Assembly: GCF_000315625.1 (NCBI RefSeq)
Contig: NW_005434555.1
Span: 110,225 to 174,224 of the forward strand
Reading direction: 5' to 3'
Length of the DNA: 64,000 nucleotides
Source of the DNA: Guillardia theta CCMP2712
Taxonomy: Eukaryota; Protista; Cryptophyta
Positions 58,271 through 64,000 of the stretch are shown here, in pieces (the first letter of the stretch is position 1; each line of letters starts with the position of its first letter). The position numbers and the translations under genes were made by a program. Under the pieces are notes generated by a model. That model was not told where the DNA came from and made no database searches. It saw nothing but the letters and a program-made list of their open reading frames with translations.

Positions 58271-61200
58271 ATGGCAGACGAGAAGGAGGAGGCGGGGTTC
58301 AAAGATACCTTCGAGACCCTGCAATCGGAGAAACCTGCGTATCTTGTGAAGAACGTAGACAAGGAAGAGCATGCTTTCATCCTCGATTCGTTTCCTTCCT
58401 CGCCCGTTCAGAGCCCAAGGGCGCTGCTGCAAGGACGCGAAGACCAGAGCTCGGACGAGCAGGCGCCGAAGTCTTCCAACGAGGCATCCAATGTCTTGTC
58501 CAGCCTTCCTCTGCCAGGCGCTGGCATTGACCCAGAGCTGTTGTCTCCTGGCCCTGCTGAGGAGAACAAGGCTGGGTCCGATCAAGGGGCTCTTCTCGCT
58601 CCAATCCACCATAACATGTACCTGCGGCAAAGCGAGGAATGGGTCAACCGTCTAGCCCATGATGCAAGGCATGAGGGGGAGTGGCAAAGAACCAAGGAGG
58701 GGAAGTGGTCAGTGAATCATGCAAGAATGCTGTACCTCGTCTCTCTTCTTGCGAGCGAATCGAGCAGTGAAGTAGACGCACACTCGTGGGTGAACGATCA
58801 GTTCTTGGACATCCTCTCGTTCGAAGCCGTCGCTCACGGTCTCTTCACGATGCTGGTGAGTCCATGCCTGGTGCGGATGAGGGAAGACAAGGGCAAGACG
58901 ATCGACCTCTGGCTGAAGCTGCCGAAAGAAGTCAAGCTCATCCTGTACGAACTGTGCAGCGCGAGTTACCTTGAGGTGATCAGATTCCCTACGGAGGAGG
59001 GCTGGAGCTACAGCAGCTATAGGGCGTCAGCGAGAGGAGAAAAGTTCTTGCAGGAGACTCCCGACGAGCTGAGAGAAGAGGTAGACGCCTTCGTGCGACA
59101 GACCTTTAACGCGCCGGAGAGCGCGAGCATCTCTGACGTGGTTTCATCCCTTGCCAACTTCTCGCTGCGGGGGGATAAGATCTACATCCGCCAAGTGGAC
59201 GGGTCGGAGAGGGAGTCGTTGATTACAGAGATAGAACGCATCTCATACGTAACCAGCCCTTACATCCCAGTCAGTGTGAGATCCTCGGAGAAACCGGTTC
59301 TTGTTTGTTCTGAATAGCGGGAGGTTCGTCTGAAACTTTTCATAGCTTTCCGACAACTCGGAGCTTGCCCAGCTCTGCCCGCATTGGCAAGACCAAGTTG
59401 TGGACTATCGATCCGAGTCCTTCATCCTGTCGAGCGTTGCTGTGCTGTTCGGTGAGCCTGCTGCAGTTGACTGGACTCGCTGCTGCCGTTGACTTGACTC
59501 GCGGCTTCGTTGACTTGTGGTGCAGTCGAGTGGATCATGTCCGGGCCAAACTTTGTCAACTCCATCATCTCCCAGCTTGACGGCGTGTACAAAGTCTTCA
59601 AGACGCTGCCGCCGCAAAGTACCATGGTGGACTGGAAGGTGAGGGAGGATAGGAGAGCTTCTAAGGTCGTGACTGTGAGGTAGGATACATTCACCACCTC
59701 CTCGTTTGCGCGCGAGATGTATGAGATGCAATCTACCATCATCGACTCGAGCTTGACGTGCGTCAACTTTGAGATGGAAGACAGAACGAGTGCCGTCGGG
59801 GAGAAGCAGCGCAAACAACACTTCGGGGTGAACGTCAACGCGAATGGAGTCTTCATCCACGGTGTACAAGTGGAGGCAGTGAAGGATCGCGAGTGGGATG
59901 ACGTCTCTCCTTACCTGCTCTCCTACATTATGTCGGACATACATCACGACGCTTGTCAGATGTCTGCTAGCTTCTTGAACAGCTTCCAGAAGGAGATGCT
60001 GTCCAACCTCTATGCCGGCATGGAGATGAAGAGAGCCAAGTACGTCTGCGTCACTGCCGACCGCCTCGACCCTCCTCTGAGAGCTAAGGACTTCATGGGA
60101 AACTTGACGTACAGGGCTGATTGCGAGAGGTTAATAGGGGACTTGTACGAAGCCAGGGACCTCGGGCAGCACGACCTCGTGGTCGTCGGCTCCAACGGCA
60201 TCCTGCTGGCTGGTCCTGCCTCCAAGGAGGCGGAGTACCTGATCCTGGACTATGCTGTCCTCAAGGTCGTTGACCGATTCGTCCGCCGCCTGCATGCTCG
60301 GATGAAGGGGATCAACAACTTCTTGTCGAGCTGCAGGTCGAAGATGGTGTCACAGGACGTGTCGAAGCTGGAGGAGGCTCTGCAGTCCCGCCAGCAATTC
60401 AACGAGGTGCTTCTCAGCTTCCAGAGCCTCGTCACGTGCCTCGATGACGTGTCAGAGTCGATCTCGAGATGGGAAAGCCATCAGAAGTCAAAGATGAGCT
60501 TCCATCAGGGCCTTTCCGAGTACCTCAACCTCCGGTCCTATCACGAGGACCTCAAGAGCAGGTACGAAGACCTTGCCAACGTCTTCCTGAGGGCCAAAAA
60601 CGAGGTCGAGACCATCCTAGAAGTCTCCAACATCCAGGGAAGGATGAGGTACGAGCAGGTGCTGTCGTCTGTCCACAAGGACTTAAAGGCTCTGGCGCTG
60701 CCCAGGAACTGTATGGTGAGCCATCGGGGGAGAGTTCTGTTACCTTCCCACGTCTCCCTCAAAGTCGTCGTGGTCGCCCTGCTCGCCTCGCTCATCTATG
60801 ACCTTGTGAATAGAGTTCATCTCGGGATTCAGATCGGAACTTCGGCCCCGTCCTGGCTGGCTGACCACACCAACGGCTGGAACGACCAGCCCTTGTTGCT
60901 CGGGGCAGCGTTGTTCCTTGTCGTAGCGCTTGCAGATCGCTTCCTGGTGAACTACATTGAGAGGTACTCGGAGTTGACGACCAAGTTTGTCAAGAAGGTA
61001 ATCAACACAGGCTTCAAGGTTGTGAGCTACAACAACCTTGTCAAGTTCCTTCACAAGCAAGAATGCACCTTTGCAAAGTTCAGGGTTGCAGATAGCGAAT
61101 TGAGGCTCCATAAAGTTTTCTCCGCCAGCTTTATGGACAAGAACTTGCGCAAGTGGACAACGGACAACCCTCGGATCAGCGTGCTAGTTGATGCTACCAA

Positions 61201-61366
61201 CTTGTGGATCCTCTCGGCGCAGTATGACTGGGACTACTATGCCAAGAGCATCGCGAATGTGGACGTGAAGAAGGATTTTGTGGAGCAACTTGAGAAGGCA
61301 GGGATCGTCGAAAGCAAAGTGAAGAGAAAGGGTTGGGTCTTGTCAAGGTTTCTTCACTATGGATGA
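58271..61366 (+). CDS. Conserved-looking uncharacterised protein (~950 aa): large soluble region, long helices and two C-terminal TM segments
   Basis: Long ORFs 58271..59317 and 59717..61366 with strong coding composition; TMs VVVVALLASLIYDLV and LLLGAALFLVVALA. Confidence 0.75.
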
Positions 61367-61387
61367 AATGAAACATCATGAGTATCA

Positions 61388-62463
61388 CTAGTAGAGCTCC
61401 TCGTTCATGAAAGGGATCAATGCCATGACCATCGCATGCCTTTGACACGCTCTCGTCAACAGCAGACGGCGGCAGCAAGCCTGCTCACCTGTAGTATTCT
61501 GTTCTTGAAACCACCCCCTTGCCTGTACAACCGATGACAATCAAAGCATGTGGGCAAGGAGAACAATCTCATCGGCTCACTCAAGTAACCCACCGTCCCT
61601 CCCTTGCGCTTTGAGTCTGTCCTACATGCACACGTCTCAGCTTGTCAAAGAGCACTAGCGGTCTACCGGTCAAACACCCGGTCGTCTGCTTCCCCCAGCT
61701 CGACTCCTTCCCGTACAAGCTTTGCTACCTGCAGCTGCAGCTGAGAAAAGTCGCCGCCATGTTGATCCGCTCACTTTCTCCGGCAGCTCAAATGTGGCTG
61801 TTCTTGCGCTACCAACCTTGCCGTCCTTTGCCGACAAGACCTGACAAGACTTGAGACGTTCTGCTCCCTCCAGTCTTCATCCTACAAACATCCAGGCGAA
61901 GCAGATCAGCTTTCCTTCCTCCTCCACGATGCCTCCCTCCAGCCTGCCCCTCCTCATCAGCCCCTCCCCCCTCCTTCCTCCCTGTCTTTTCCTCACCCCG
62001 CATACAAATCGTATCCTTTCTCATGTGTCGCCAGGAATCTCGCACGATTCTCAGCCCCCTGCTTCTCGTCAGCCATGCTTCATCTTCGCAAGGACTGCCG
62101 TGCTCGCCGCTCTTGTCTCTGCGTCCGTCATGGGCTGATCCGCAACTCCACTGGGAGCTGACTTGCCATCAACCTACAGATTTTCAAGTCAGCAGCAGGC
62201 AGCAGGGAGGGAAGGGGAGGAAGGGAGAACAGTAGAAGAGACGGGAGGAGAGGAGAAGGGAGGGGAGGGAGTAGAAGAGCTAGGGAGGGGAGGGGAGGAG
62301 AATGGAGAATGTTGGAATAGGAATGGGAATGGGGAGGATCCCGTTCACCTCGATCTCAGCATCGGGAAAGCAAGCAACAAGGGCTTCCCTCACAGCAGAT
62401 ATCTGGCATCACAACATGTCAAATGGTATCATGTGATGCATATAAGAGTCAAAGTGCACTGTT

Positions 62464-62557
<94 letters not shown>

Positions 62558-62722
62558 ATGATAACCCTCTCTCTCCCTCTCCCAGCCATCAGTTGTTATC
62601 ATATCTTCACATCTCTCCCAACCATCAGTTGTTATCATGTCTTCACATCCTTCTCATTCATCAGTTGTTGTCTTCACCTTGGTCGGATTCGAACTTCCAA
62701 CACACGCGCGCCATCTCGCCAT
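61388..62722 (-). CDS. yjjX: Inosine/xanthosine triphosphatase (YjjX/DUF84 family), 10 exons, ~179 aa
   Basis: Manual splicing gives MARWRACVGSSNPTK/ISAVREALVACFPDAEIE/VDGKSAPSGVADQPMTDAETRA/GAENRARFLATHEKGYDLYAG/LEGGIVEEEGKLICFAWMF/VLSAKDGKVGSARTATFELPEK/VAKLVREGVELGEADDRVFDR/TDSKRKGGTVGYLS/KGVVSRTEYYR/HAMVMALIPFMNEELY, with all the family motifs. Confidence 0.92.
62467..62552. repeat. (CT)n microsatellite in yjjX intron 1
   Basis: Directly visible. Confidence 0.97.
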
Positions 62723-63156
62723 GCCCAAGGAGTTTTATTGCTGTATTTATTGCAGCCATGTTGTCCAGGTAGAATTTATTGCAATGATTGCCATTCCCTT
62801 TGATTTTATTACAATTTTATGGGAAATTTATATGGGACCACTTTATCCCTGCCTTTTCTGTAGCACATTTTTTACAACCCACAGCCATATAAGGAACCGT
62901 CGGGGCCTTGCGCAACAGGCTAAGGCAAGGGAGGAGGAGGAGCAGGAGGAAGAGCAGGAGAAGGAGCAGGAGGAAGAGCAGGAGAGGATAGAGGACAGCA
63001 AAGAACGGGAGAAGTCAAGACCAGGACGAGACGAGACGAGACGAGACAAGATAACCAATCGAGGCAGAGCTGTTTGCAGGGTAAGACAGGTCATTGCAAC
63101 TCGGGAAAAGACGAGAAGTGAACACGAGGCTTCGTTCTAACAGACTCGTCCGAACC

Positions 63157-63949
63157 ATGAGGTACACCGAGACATCTCGGAGATCGCTCCTCGTCTCCTC
63201 CATCTTCTTCGCGCTCCTTCTGCAGCAGGCCCTGTGCTTCCACCCGTCCGCCCTGGGCCTTGCGCCGTGCAAGTTAGCGCTGCACAGGAAGTCAACTGGC
63301 AGACGAGGATGCGGCATCGTCACTGTAAGAGCGCAGCAGATGCCGACCCGGAAACCAGAATCAGTCGAGGACTTCCAGGTGAGCCTTGACATGGTGAAGA
63401 AGCAAGGAGCGCTGTTCGCCAAGATGGCAATGCCCTACTTCAAGGAGGAGAAATCTGCACGAGTCCTGCTGGCTGTCGTCATCGGCTTCACCCTCCTCAA
63501 CAGCGGGGTGTCCGTTGGGTTCTCGTACCTCGGCAGAGACTTCTGGACGGCGCTGAGCAGCAAGAATGCCGACAACTTCTACCCTCTCCTGCAGAAGTAC
63601 GTGCTGGCGCTAGCAGGGGGGACGCCGGTGTCAGTGCTGTACAAGTTCTACAGGGACAAGCTTGCGATGGAGTGGCGATCTTGGATGACGAAGAGGATCC
63701 TGGACATGTTCGAGGCGAGGAGAAACTTCTACGAGCTCGAGACTAAGTCGGAGATCGACAACCCAGATCAGAGGATAGCGGAAGATGCCCGAGCTTTCAC
63801 GCGCGTCAGCCTTGATTTTTCCATTACCCTGCTGACTTCCATCATTGACCTTGCCTCGTTCTCCACCATCCTCTACTCCATCTACCCCGAGCTGTTCGCT
63901 GCCATCCTCGTCTACTCTGGGTTCGGGACCGGATGTACTCTCTTCATTG
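63157..63949 (+). CDS. ABC transporter subfamily D (ABC_membrane_2), first exon, with a bipartite plastid-targeting presequence
   Basis: Signal peptide LLVSSIFFALLLQQALC followed by Phe and a basic transit peptide. TMD motifs include FSYLGRDFWTAL, WRSWMT and IDNPDQRIAED. GT donor at 63950; the gene continues beyond the window. Confidence 0.9.
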
Positions 63950-64000
63950 GTGAGGGAGGAGGCGGAGGATAGTTTGAGACGAGATGATGTATGCTTGTGG

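Noticed and set aside
62680-62700. tRNA-like GTTCGAATCC on the minus strand
   Set aside because: It is coding sequence (SSNP) of yjjX exon 1, and no cloverleaf forms.
8316-63949. Lipid biosynthetic gene cluster (MBOAT, lipin, P450, ABCD)
   Set aside because: Spread over 55 kb with many unrelated genes between; no sign of clustering.

Overview
Eukaryotic nuclear DNA, gene-dense and intron-rich. Many introns are ~45-55 nt; some are longer and filled with purine/pyrimidine microsatellites, and several use GC-AG ends. The gene style, bipartite plastid-targeting presequences and GC-palindromic intergenic islands suggest a cryptophyte alga, most like Guillardia theta (inference, no database check). 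Most of the supplied ORFs are shadows or exon fragments. I can support about 20 genes. Named or family-assignable: an OPR-type helical-repeat protein, a pectin-acetylesterase-like/LysM fusion, an MBOAT wax-synthase-like acyltransferase, a divergent bHLH-PAS-like protein, a J-domain protein, a PH-LRR-MINDY deubiquitinase, an ARM/zinc-finger/Sfi1-repeat protein, a compact lipin, a GT-A glycosyltransferase, POT1, a PKA-like kinase, a cytochrome P450, an XRCC4-like protein, a 10-exon YjjX-type ITP/XTPase that the ORF track misses, and the start of a plastid-targeted ABCD transporter. Unnamed: two large coiled-coil proteins, a conserved two-TM protein and several hypotheticals. There are also several minisatellites and a 100-N assembly gap. 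No rRNA, tRNA, CRISPR array or transposase was found. The most interesting items are the apparently catalytically dead esterase-LysM fusion, the unusual domain architectures (POT1 with an extra OB-like domain, PH-LRR-MINDY-ZnF, bHLH-PAS-like, ARM-Sfi1) and a recurring two-part intergenic element. Exon boundaries were read by eye and are approximate unless stated.
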